DNA of 61,493 bases, the filler included, from Nitrospirae bacterium CG2_30_53_67 (lineage in GTDB: Bacteria > CG2-30-53-67), in the NCBI GenBank assembly GCA_001873285.1. It is 8 parts of 8 records of this genome, joined end to end, with 100 filler letters (N's around TTAATTAATTAA, not from the genome) between each part and the next. Parts side by side here need not be neighbours in the genome. Positions count along the whole stretch, not along the records: positions 11,338 to 16,762 come from MNYV01000006.1; positions 16,863 to 39,760 come from MNYV01000081.1; 6 more parts are not named here. One strand, 5' to 3'. The translations under genes and the position numbers were made by a program. The notes under the pieces were generated by a model. That model made no database searches. It was given only the letters and a program-made list of their open reading frames with translations, and was not told the DNA's origin. Positions 11,238-19,846 of the stretch are shown one piece after another; position 1 is the stretch's first letter; the number at the start of each line of letters is the position of its first letter.

Positions 11238-11337
11238 NNNNNNNNNNNNNNNNNNNNNNNNNNNNNNNNNNNNNNNNNNNNTTAATTAATTAANNNNNNN
11301 NNNNNNNNNNNNNNNNNNNNNNNNNNNNNNNNNNNNN

Positions 11338-11502
11338 TAACGTACCGAGAGTGCCGTAGGGCGGCCTCATCCCCGCGCGCGACTGAGGCGTACCCCCTGC
11401 GGTACGTCGCAAGGAGCGGAACGCCGAGGAGGCCGCCCTACGGCACCTGTCTGCCATGGCACAGGCAGGCTCGAATGCGACCGTATTTACGAATAGGACC
11501 AC
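11338..11502. mobile_element. MITE family A, second copy (inverted, cut by contig start)
   Basis: Diverged reverse complement of 1429-~1593; ends ...TTTACGAATAGGACCAC followed by TAA. Confidence 0.8.
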
Positions 11503-11516
11503 TAAGGGGGCCGGCT

Positions 11517-11756
11517 GGGTGTGCGACAAATTTGTGGGTACACATCAGAATTACATAGGGTTGTCATTGTCCGGCTTGACCTCGGTTTACCGGGGTTTGA
11601 CCGGACAATCCACCCTTCGACAGGCTCAGGGTGACAATTGTCATGGTGAGCTTGTCGAACCATGGATTCCCCGATCGAGCCTGCCCTCGACTGCGATCGG
11701 GGGTCGGGGAATGACGCTCTTAGAGAAATGTTTATCCACAAATTTGTCGCAGACCC
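11517..11756. mobile_element. MITE family B, 240 bp, containing nested REP palindromes
   Basis: TIRs GGGTGTGCGACAAATTTGTGGGTA / TATCCACAAATTTGTCGCAGACCC; near-perfect 9-bp flanking duplication GGGCCGGCT / GGGCAGGCT. Confidence 0.75.
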
Positions 11757-11772
11757 GGGCAGGCTTATCTTG

Positions 11773-11801
11773 TTGACAAGATCATGTAAAATCTCTATCC
11801 T
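11773..11801 (+). promoter_or_regulatory. sigma70 promoter of alaS
   Basis: TTGACA-17 bp-TATCCT. Confidence 0.55.
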
Positions 11802-11899
11802 GACGGCACATTGATGGAGTGTTTTTCCATGCGGCGCTCCATTGAGGAATCGGGATTTGTCCATCTGATCCATACGTTGTAACTCATTAAAGGCCGGGA

Positions 11900-14554
11900 A
11901 TGAAAGGCTTCGAGATCCGAAGACGGTTTCTTAAATATTTTGAGGAACGCGGGCATACGCTCTTCCCGAGTTCACCCCTGATTCCCAGGAACGATCCCAC
12001 GCTGCTCTTTACCAATGCCGGCATGGTCCAGTTCAAGGATATCTTCACGGGTGAGAAGCCGAGGAGCGTGCCCAGGGCGGCGACGTCCCAGAAATGCATG
12101 CGGGCGGGCGGGAAGCATAACGACCTGGAAAACGTGGGGCATACGGCGCGGCACCAGACCTTTTTTGAGATGCTGGGAAATTTTTCGTTCGGGGACTACT
12201 TTAAGGAAGAGGCCATCGGCTTTGCCTGGGATTTTCTTGTCCGTGAACTGGGCCTTCCCAAAGAGCGGCTTTGGGTGAGCGTTTTCAAGGATGATGAGGA
12301 TGCCTTCGGGATATGGAGGAACAGGATCGGGATCCCCGCCGAACGGGTCCTTAAGCTGGGAGAAGAAAGCAATTTCTGGGCCATGGGGGATACAGGGCCG
12401 TGCGGCCCTTGTTCCGAGATCTATGTGGATCAGGGAGACGACGCCGGCTGCGGCCGTCCCGGCTGCCGTCCCGGATGTGATTGCGACCGGTTCCTTGAGG
12501 TCTGGAACCTGGTTTTCATGCAGTACAGGAAGGATGAGTCGGGTATCTTGACCCCTCTCCCGAAACCGAGCATTGATACGGGGATGGGGCTCGAACGGAT
12601 CACAGCGGTGCTTCAGGGGGTCAAAACCAATTATGATACCGATCTGTTTCAAGGGATCATTGGCGGGATCTGTGACCTGACCGGCAAGGCCTACGGCCAA
12701 GACCACGCCTGTGATACATCCACCCGTGTGATCGCGGATCACATCCGGGCGCTCACCTTTCTGATCGCCGAAGGGATCCTTCCAAGCAATGAGGGACGTG
12801 GTTATGTGCTCCGGAGGATCCTGCGCAGGGCGGCACGGCACGGCAAGCTGCTCGGATTGAATGAGCCTTTCCTGTACCGGCTGGCCGGGACCGTGGTTGA
12901 CGAGATGAAACAGGCCTTTCCCGATCTGCTTCGAGCGAGGGATCATGCGGCTTCCGTGGTCAAAAATGAGGAGGAGCGCTTTCAAAATACCCTGGACCAG
13001 GGCCTTTCGATCCTCCATGATCTCATCCAAAAGCTCACAAAGCAGGGGAAAACCCTGATTCCCGGAAAAGAGATATTCAAGCTTTACGATACCTACGGGT
13101 TTCCCCTGGACCTGACCCAGGACATCGCCAAGGATTTAGGGCTTTCCGTGAATGAAGCCGGTTTTCATGAAGAGATGGCAAGGCAGCGGGAACGCGCCCG
13201 CGCCTCCTGGAAGGGTTCCGAAGAAAAGGGGATTTTGCCGGCCTTCAAGTCTCTGTCTGAAACCTGCAAGACCCTCTTCGTGGGGTACGACCGGACCGAG
13301 AGTGAATCCGGGGTCCTTTCCCTGATTCGAGACGGGGTCATAAAAGAGTCGGTTCAGGCCGGAGAAGAGATCGATATGGTGCTCGATTCCACGCCTTTTT
13401 ATGCCGAATCCGGCGGTCAGGTCGGAGACCAGGGAAGCCTGGACTGGGACGGGGGATCGGTTGAGGTGATCAGGACATGGAGGCCTGCCGAGGGGCTGAT
13501 CGTGCACCGGGTACGGGTCCTGCAAGGTTCCCTGAAGAGAGGGCAGAAAGTCTCCTGCCGGGTGGACCCGGGGAAACGGGCATCTGCGGCGCACAACCAT
13601 ACGGCCACGCATATCCTGCATGCCGTGCTTCGCCACGTCTTGGGGGATCATGTCAAGCAGGCAGGGTCCCTGGTCGAACCTGAGCGTCTGCGTTTTGATT
13701 TCACACACTTTGCCCCGGTCCATCCTCGGGAACTGGAACGGATCGAACAGCTTGCCAATGAATGGATCTTCCGGAACGCCCCGGTTGAGACAGAGGTCAA
13801 GCCTTTAAATGAGGCCATATCCGGGGGGGCCACGGCCCTGTTCGGTGAAAAGTATGGGAGTGAGGTGCGCGTGGTTTCCATTCCGGAGCTTTCAAAGGAA
13901 CTCTGCGGCGGGACGCACGTGCAGGCTACAGGCGAGATCGGTCTTTTCAAGATCCGGCACGAAGGAGGGATCGCCGCGGGTGTCCGAAGGATTGAAGCGG
14001 TCACGGGCATTCAGGCCTATGAATATTTCAAAAGTCTGGAAGGCGAGATCCGCTCCCTATCTGAAATCGTCAAAGAGTCTCCGGGACGCATCGCTCCTAA
14101 AGTGGAAAAAAACCTGAAGGAACGCAAGGACCTGCTCTGCGAAATCGGATCCCTGAAGAGGGAACTTGCGGAACTCCGGGGAGGGGATATAATAGATCAA
14201 ATCAGAGAGGTTGACGGTGTCAAGGTCCTGTCGCACAGGGCGGACCATCTCTCTCCTGAAGAACTCAGGGAACATGCAGACCGGCTCCGGGACCGGGTCG
14301 GGTCCGGCGTGGTGGTGGCCGGTTCTGAAAACAAGGGTAAGGTGGCCTTGATTGCCATGGTGACCAATGACCTGACCCGAAAGATCCACGCCGGAAACCT
14401 GATCAAGGAAGTGGCCCGGATCACGGGCGGCGGCGGAGGAGGCCGCCCGGATATGGCCCAGGCCGGGGGCACGGATGCATCAAAACTCGATGAGGCCTTA
14501 AACAAGGTCTTTGATCTTGTTCATGAACAGATGACCGTAACAGGGAAGATCTGA
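11900..14554 (+). CDS. alaS: Alanine--tRNA ligase
   Basis: DPTLLFTNAGM, FFEMLGNFSFGDYFK, DTGMGLER, editing motifs HTATH and ELCGGTH, GGGGRPDMAQAGG. Confidence 0.99.
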   Translation: MKGFEIRRRFLKYFEERGHTLFPSSPLIPRNDPTLLFTNAGMVQFKDIFTGEKPRSVPRAATSQKCMRAGGKHNDLENVGHTARHQTFFEMLGNFSFGDYFKEEAIGFAWDFLVRELGLPKERLWVSVFKDDEDAFGIWRNRIGIPAERVLKLGEESNFWAMGDTGPCGPCSEIYVDQGDDAGCGRPGCRPGCDCDRFLEVWNLVFMQYRKDESGILTPLPKPSIDTGMGLERITAVLQGVKTNYDTDLFQGIIGGICDLTGKAYGQDHACDTSTRVIADHIRALTFLIAEGILPSNEGRGYVLRRILRRAARHGKLLGLNEPFLYRLAGTVVDEMKQAFPDLLRARDHAASVVKNEEERFQNTLDQGLSILHDLIQKLTKQGKTLIPGKEIFKLYDTYGFPLDLTQDIAKDLGLSVNEAGFHEEMARQRERARASWKGSEEKGILPAFKSLSETCKTLFVGYDRTESESGVLSLIRDGVIKESVQAGEEIDMVLDSTPFYAESGGQVGDQGSLDWDGGSVEVIRTWRPAEGLIVHRVRVLQGSLKRGQKVSCRVDPGKRASAAHNHTATHILHAVLRHVLGDHVKQAGSLVEPERLRFDFTHFAPVHPRELERIEQLANEWIFRNAPVETEVKPLNEAISGGATALFGEKYGSEVRVVSIPELSKELCGGTHVQATGEIGLFKIRHEGGIAAGVRRIEAVTGIQAYEYFKSLEGEIRSLSEIVKESPGRIAPKVEKNLKERKDLLCEIGSLKRELAELRGGDIIDQIREVDGVKVLSHRADHLSPEELREHADRLRDRVGSGVVVAGSENKGKVALIAMVTNDLTRKIHAGNLIKEVARITGGGGGGRPDMAQAGGTDASKLDEALNKVFDLVHEQMTVTGKI

Positions 14555-14634
14555 ACCAAAAGATAAGGTTTAAACTATATAAGCCGTTTAATCCGTTCAA
14601 GCTGTTTGAACCGTTATAATAAGGAGGAGTTCCC

Positions 14635-14943
14635 ATGTTTGAGACCGTAAAAAAGGCGATGATGGTCGGCCTCGGGATCCAGGAAAAGATCAAGGATTTC
14701 GTGGATGACCTCGTCAAGAAAGGGGAGGTCAGCAAGGAGCAGAGCGGTTCTCTGTTCAAGGATTTAATGAGCACGGCCGAGAAGAACCTGGAAGGCCTGG
14801 ACAAGACCTGGAAAGACATGATCCGTTCCACCATGGAACGGATGAACCTGCCCACGCGTGAAGATCTGGAAAACCTTGAAAAAAAGGTCAATGCCCTGAG
14901 CAGGCGGCTGGCCAAGCTCGATAAGGGTGGAGATGAAGAATAA
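14635..14943 (+). CDS. Phasin/PhaI-PhaF-like coiled-coil protein
   Basis: DDLVKKGEVSKEQ...MNLPTREDLENLEKKVNAL pattern; strong AGGAGG RBS. Confidence 0.7.
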   Translation: MFETVKKAMMVGLGIQEKIKDFVDDLVKKGEVSKEQSGSLFKDLMSTAEKNLEGLDKTWKDMIRSTMERMNLPTREDLENLEKKVNALSRRLAKLDKGGDEE

Positions 14944-14961
14944 CGGCATCTCCCATAGATC

Positions 14962-15390
14962 ATGAGGATCCTGGGCTTGGATCTTGGAGACAAGACCATC
15001 GGTGTGGCCGTGAGCGATGAACTCGGGATCACGGCCCAGCCGCTGAAGACGATCCGCCGGAAAGAGATCACGGCAGACCTGAATGCCCTGCAGGACCTCA
15101 TCCGTGAGTATCAAGCGGAATGCCTGGTGGTGGGGCTCCCCATGAACATGAACGGGTCCTTGGGGCCGGCGGCCAGGAAGGCCATGAATATGGTGGAAAA
15201 GCTCGAGGGATTCAACATCCCTGTCATCACACAAGATGAACGGCTGACCACGGTGATGGTGGAGAGGATGATGATTCAAGGGGATGTCCGAAGAGAGAGG
15301 CGGAAAAAAGTGATCAACCAGGTCGCGGCAGCGCTCATCCTGCAGGGATACCTGGACAGGAGGGCCAGGGAGCATCAGGATGAGATTTAG
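14962..15390 (+). CDS. ruvX: Holliday-junction-resolvase-like / pre-16S rRNA nuclease RuvX (YqgF)
   Basis: ILGLDLGDKTIGVAVSD, VVGLP, DERLTT, AAALILQGYLD. Confidence 0.95.
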   Translation: MRILGLDLGDKTIGVAVSDELGITAQPLKTIRRKEITADLNALQDLIREYQAECLVVGLPMNMNGSLGPAARKAMNMVEKLEGFNIPVITQDERLTTVMVERMMIQGDVRRERRKKVINQVAAALILQGYLDRRAREHQDEI

Positions 15391-16411
15391 TTCACCGGCA
15401 GGAGGGGTGACCATGGTTTCCCTGGGGATGGCGGTCCTCCTGATCGTGCACCTCTATGGCCTTCTTTTTATTCCATACCTCACGGAGATAGCCTCTGAAA
15501 CCGTTGAGATTCCCTCGGGATCAAGCGTCAAGCAAACGGCCCTCATCCTTCGTGAGAAAGGGCGGATCCCCTCGGTTCCGGCCTTTATCCTTCTTACAGG
15601 TCTGACCAGATCCCAAGGCCCCGTGCATGCAGGGGAATATAAGATCCCGGAGCCCTCTTCGGCCTGGCAGATTCTGAATATTCTTCGCCATGGATCTCAA
15701 GTCCTGCACCTCGTGACGATTCCTGAAGGGATGCGGAGCGCGGACGTGGCTGGGATTATGGCGGAAAAGCTTTCTCTTTCCAAGGCCCGCTTTCTGGCGC
15801 TGCTCACCGATCCGGTGATGATCCGCTCCCTCGGCCTGGACACACCCTCCCTCGAAGGGTATCTCATGCCGGAGACCTATGCCTTTCACAAGAACATGAC
15901 CGAAGAGAAGGTTATCCGGAAGATGGTGGACGGGATGCTTGCCTTTTTTGATCAAGAGAAGATGAAGCGGGCTGAATCGCTTGGAATGAGCCTCCACCAG
16001 GTTTTGATCCTCGCATCGATCATCGAGAAGGAGGCCGGGTCGGAGGAGGAATGCCCCCTCATCTCCTCGGTCTTTCATAACCGGCTGAAAAAACATATGC
16101 TCTTGCAGAGCGATCCCACCGTGATCTATGGGATCAAGAATTTTGATGGAAACCTTCAGGAGAGTGAGCTGAAAACAGATGGTCCGTATAACACCTATTT
16201 GCGGCAGGGGCTCCCGCCGACCCCCATTGCCAATCCAGGGAAATCCTCGATCCTGGCGGCGCTCTATCCGGCTGAGACATCCTATCTTTATTTTGTCTCC
16301 CGAAACGACCGGACCCATGCCTTTTCAAGGACTCTTCATGAACACAACATGGCGGTCAATCGGTATCAGAGGAAGCGTGCAGCGGATTCGGAGACAGGTT
16401 CTCTGCAATAA
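15380..16411 (+). CDS. mltG: Endolytic transglycosylase MltG
   Basis: TIPEG, LEGYLMPETY, LASIIEKE, LQSDPTVIY, YNTY..GLPPTPIANPG. Confidence 0.95.
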   Translation: MRFSSPAGGVTMVSLGMAVLLIVHLYGLLFIPYLTEIASETVEIPSGSSVKQTALILREKGRIPSVPAFILLTGLTRSQGPVHAGEYKIPEPSSAWQILNILRHGSQVLHLVTIPEGMRSADVAGIMAEKLSLSKARFLALLTDPVMIRSLGLDTPSLEGYLMPETYAFHKNMTEEKVIRKMVDGMLAFFDQEKMKRAESLGMSLHQVLILASIIEKEAGSEEECPLISSVFHNRLKKHMLLQSDPTVIYGIKNFDGNLQESELKTDGPYNTYLRQGLPPTPIANPGKSSILAALYPAETSYLYFVSRNDRTHAFSRTLHEHNMAVNRYQRKRAADSETGSLQ

Positions 16412-16428
16412 GTTTTCTCCATGCCCGA

Positions 16429-16673
16429 GGTCTTCTCCCATCTATTGGATAAGAAGGGTTCGAGGATTCAAGAACCTATAGAGATCCAGGGTTCAAGGAT
16501 TCAAGTGGTTTTTTGATTTCTGTTACCTTTCAGTTTTTTCTATGCTTTTCACTTGGACCCTAAGCCCCTTAACCCCTCGGACCCTTGAGTTTTTAAAAAG
16601 CACTTCACTTGACCCCTGGAATCCTTGACCCCTTGACCCCTGATGTTTTCACCCACTCTTTTGGAGATGGTCC
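16429..16673 (+). repeat. Octamer-repeat element (family C), full-length copy 1
   Basis: Ends GGT(T)CTTCTCCCA... and ...CACCCACTCTTTTGGAGATGGTCC; internal 8-nt units TTGACCCC, TCGGACCC, TGGAATCC. Confidence 0.85.
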
Positions 16674-16762
16674 TTATTTGATATCATCAGGCCGCACAGG
16701 CGGCGGTTTGGGTGTCAGTGGTTTAAAGCGCGGCTGGTGCGGGTTGTGGCAGTGAACGCATA
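16674..16762 (-). CDS. c-type cytochrome, C-terminal fragment
   Basis: Hand translation CVHCHNPHQPRFKPLTPKPPPVRPDDIK* contains CxxCH; cut by the linker. Confidence 0.75.
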
Positions 16763-16862
16763 NNNNNNNNNNNNNNNNNNNNNNNNNNNNNNNNNNNNNN
16801 NNNNNNTTAATTAATTAANNNNNNNNNNNNNNNNNNNNNNNNNNNNNNNNNNNNNNNNNNNN

Positions 16863-17037
16863 AACGATTGATGAATTTTTTCGTGAAGGGAAAGAAATCG
16901 ATAAGGCTCTGAAACAAGCTGTTCAGCGAGCGCTTTTGGAGCACAAAAAGGCAGGCAATCCCGTCGTTGAGTGGCGTGGCGGGAAGATCGTCTGGATAAA
17001 GCCGGAAGAAATCACCGTTAAAGAGAAGAAGAACTGA
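16863..17037 (+). CDS. Small conserved protein, 3' part (type usually found downstream of zeta-toxin-like COG4185 ATPases)
   Basis: Hand translation TIDEFFREGKEIDKALKQAVQRALLEHKKAGNPVVEWRGGKIVWIKPEEITVKEKKN*. The family link is from recall. Confidence 0.6.
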
Positions 17038-17221
17038 ATGAACCGCTGTCGCGCTCTATCTGAGTAGCCGCATCCATTCGGGGACCACAGCAACTGTTTG
17101 CAATGAAAAGATTATGGTATGGAATGGGGGGCAATTCAAAACCTTAGAACCGCTATTTGGGTCTCGAAATGTAAAGATCAGGTAGCGGGAAACAGGACGC
17201 CGGACAAATTCCCATGTATCC

Positions 17222-17250
17222 TTGACAGAATCCATGGTCTTGGGTATAGT
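17222..17250 (+). promoter_or_regulatory. Near-consensus sigma70 promoter
   Basis: TTGACA-17 bp-TATAGT. Confidence 0.8.
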
Positions 17251-17256
17251 GTAAAT

Positions 17257-17388
17257 TACAAACAAGTTTCGACAGACAGAATAAATTTTAAATCATTAAA
17301 CCGTATTTAGGGTTTATCCGCTGTCTGGTCGAACTTCAGTTCAGAAGAACCCATCGTTGCCGCACGGAAACGCTGGGTTCTTTTTTTT
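17257..17388 (+). ncRNA. Candidate ~130-nt structured RNA (sRNA or leader) upstream of trpE
   Basis: Bounded by the promoter and an intrinsic terminator; long hairpin 17264-17336 with three consecutive G-U pairs; no start codon. Confidence 0.5.
17345..17388 (+). terminator. Rho-independent terminator
   Basis: AAGAACCCATCGTTGCCG..CGGAAACGCTGGGTTC followed by T8. Confidence 0.8.
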
Positions 17389-17530
17389 CCCTTCCGCCCA
17401 TGCAAGGTCGGCGCAGATCCCACGTCATATTTTTCCCTTGTTTTAACAAGAGTTACAGGCTCAATCTCCTTGACAGCTTTATATCGGATATGCTACAAGA
17501 ATCCATGCTTCTATATTTGTGGGGATTTTC

Positions 17531-19015
17531 ATGCTCTATCCGTCACTGAAAGAATTCATCCGGAAGTCCAGACAGGGGAACCTGATCCCGGTTCACAAAG
17601 AGATCCTGGCGGATATGGAGACCCCGGTCTCGGCCTTTCGGAAGATCGACCAGGGGGGATTCTCTTTCCTGCTTGAAAGCGTGGAGGGAGGAGAGAAATG
17701 GGGCCGCTACAGTTTTCTCGGGAGCAGGCCCGCCGCCGTCATCGAGTCCAAAGACAACGAGGTCCGTGTGATGAGTGACGGGGTTTCTCTGAAGAGCGGC
17801 AGGGGGGAGGATCCGGTTGATTTTATCCGGGCCTATATGTCACGGTTCAAACCGGTGAATGATCCCGATCTTCCGCGCTTTCTGGGGGGAGCGGTGGGGT
17901 ATATCGGATACGACATGGTTCGGTTTTTCGAGCGCATACCCGATGTGCCTAAGGAGGACTCCGGGTTTCCGGAGATGCTCCTGATGGTCATGGCCGACCT
18001 CCTGATTTTTGACAATATGGGAAAGAAGATCCTGATCGTTTCCAATGTCTTTCTCGATGACGGAGAGGACCCTGAGACGGCCTATCATCAGGCCGAAGAA
18101 CGGATCAACCGGATGATTGAGCGGCTGAATGTCCCCTGTAAAATCGTCAACCTCTCCCTCCCCAAGGCCGTGGATCTTGAAATCCCGGCATCCAGTTTTA
18201 CAAAAAGCCGGTTTTGTGAGGCGGTGAAGCGCGCCAAGGAATACATCGTGGCCGGAGACGTGATCCAGGTGGTCCTGTCCCAGCGGTTCCGGACCCGGGT
18301 CATAAACGATCCCTTTGACATCTACCGGGTTCTCCGGACCGTCAATCCTTCTCCTTATATGTATTATCTCCACATGGGGGAGATCCGGATCGTGGGGTCA
18401 TCGCCTGAGGTCCTGGTCCGCGTGGAAGGAGACCGGGTCGAGGTCCGGCCGATTGCGGGCACCAGGCCTCGAGGGCGTGACGAGGAGGAAGACCAGGCGC
18501 TCATGGCCGAGCTTCTCTCCGACCCCAAAGAGCGGGCGGAGCATATCATGCTGGTGGATCTGGGGAGAAACGATGTGGGACGCGTCTCCAAGGCCGGCAG
18601 CGTGAAGGTTCCGGAACTCATGGTGATTGAAAAATACTCCCATGTCATGCATATCGTCTCGGACGTGACCGGGGAACTGGAGGCCGGCAAGGATGCCTAT
18701 GATGTGCTCCGTGCCTGCTTTCCTGCAGGGACCGTGTCCGGCGCTCCGAAGATCCGGGCCATGGAGATCATCGAGGAGCTGGAACCGGTGAGACGCGGTC
18801 CTTATGCCGGCGCCGTGGGATACATCGGTTTCTCCGGCAATATGGACACCTGCATTACGATCCGCACCATGATCATCCGGGGAGAGGATCTCTTCCTTCA
18901 GGCGGGGGCGGGGATTGTGGCCGACTCGGACCCTGAACGCGAATATGAAGAGACCATCAACAAGGCCAAAGGGATGCTCAAGGCCATGGAGATCGCCAGG
19001 CAGGGGATTGTGTGA
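17531..19015 (+). CDS. trpE: Anthranilate synthase component I
   Basis: LLESVEGGEKWGRYSF, NPSPYM, PIAGTRPRG, EHIMLVDLGRND, GAPKIRAM. Confidence 0.97.
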   Translation: MLYPSLKEFIRKSRQGNLIPVHKEILADMETPVSAFRKIDQGGFSFLLESVEGGEKWGRYSFLGSRPAAVIESKDNEVRVMSDGVSLKSGRGEDPVDFIRAYMSRFKPVNDPDLPRFLGGAVGYIGYDMVRFFERIPDVPKEDSGFPEMLLMVMADLLIFDNMGKKILIVSNVFLDDGEDPETAYHQAEERINRMIERLNVPCKIVNLSLPKAVDLEIPASSFTKSRFCEAVKRAKEYIVAGDVIQVVLSQRFRTRVINDPFDIYRVLRTVNPSPYMYYLHMGEIRIVGSSPEVLVRVEGDRVEVRPIAGTRPRGRDEEEDQALMAELLSDPKERAEHIMLVDLGRNDVGRVSKAGSVKVPELMVIEKYSHVMHIVSDVTGELEAGKDAYDVLRACFPAGTVSGAPKIRAMEIIEELEPVRRGPYAGAVGYIGFSGNMDTCITIRTMIIRGEDLFLQAGAGIVADSDPEREYEETINKAKGMLKAMEIARQGIV

Positions 19016-19027
19016 AGAGGGATTGCC

Positions 19028-19591
19028 ATGCTGCTGATGATCGACAACTATGATTCGTTCACCTACAACCTCGTTCAGTATTTCGGGGAACTCGGGGAAG
19101 ACCTGGTCGTCTACCGGAATGATCAAATCACCATCGTCGGGATCGAGGAGCTCAAACCCGGCCGAATCGTGATCTCGCCGGGGCCGTGCACACCCAAAGA
19201 AGCCGGGATATCGGTGGAGGCCATCCGGCATTTTGCCGGACGGCTCCCGATCCTGGGCGTCTGCCTCGGCCATCAGTCCATGGGAGCGGCCTTCGGGGCG
19301 GAGATTGTCGGCGCCAAACGGCTGATGCACGGTAAGACCTCGGAGATCCGGCATGATGGGAAGACGATCTTCTCCGGTCTCCCCAATCCCTTTGCGGCCA
19401 CCCGTTATCACTCCCTGGTGATCCGGAGGGGAACGCTTTCCGAGGAGTTCGAGATCACAGCCGAGTCCGAAGACGGGGAGATCATGGGGATCCGTCACAA
19501 GCGCTGGCCCATGGAAGGGGTTCAGTTTCATCCGGAGTCGATCCTCACGACGGTGGGGCATGATCTGTTAAAGAATTTCCTTGAATTATAA
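19028..19591 (+). CDS. trpG: Anthranilate synthase component II (glutamine amidotransferase)
   Basis: [28 protein letters not shown]. Confidence 0.96.
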   Translation: MLLMIDNYDSFTYNLVQYFGELGEDLVVYRNDQITIVGIEELKPGRIVISPGPCTPKEAGISVEAIRHFAGRLPILGVCLGHQSMGAAFGAEIVGAKRLMHGKTSEIRHDGKTIFSGLPNPFAATRYHSLVIRRGTLSEEFEITAESEDGEIMGIRHKRWPMEGVQFHPESILTTVGHDLLKNFLEL

Positions 19592-19823
19592 AATGCGGGT
19601 AGAAATTAAGGGTACAAGGGGCCGAGGGGTCAAGGGGTCAAGTGAAGTGCTTTTTAAAAACTCAAGGGTCCGAGGGGTCAAGGGGCTTAGGGTCCAAGTG
19701 AAGATCATAGAAAAAACTGAAGGGTAACAGAAATCAAAAAAACCACTTGAATCCTTGAACCCTGGATCACTATAGGTTCTTGAATCCTCGAACCCTTTTT
19801 ACCCACTGAATGGGAGAAGAACC
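19592..19823 (-). repeat. Octamer-repeat element (family C), copy 2
   Basis: Close reverse complement of 16429-16673; lies between trpG and trpD. Confidence 0.85.
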
Positions 19824-19846
19824 TGAAATTATAAAAAGGACTTTTT

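Noticed and set aside
16429..16673. Octamer arrays as CRISPR repeats
   Set aside because: No constant 23-47 bp repeat with unique spacers, and no cas genes.
17119..17310. 63-aa ORF with two Trp codons as a trp leader peptide
   Set aside because: It starts about 100 bp upstream of the promoter, and the Trp codons are non-adjacent and far from the hairpins.
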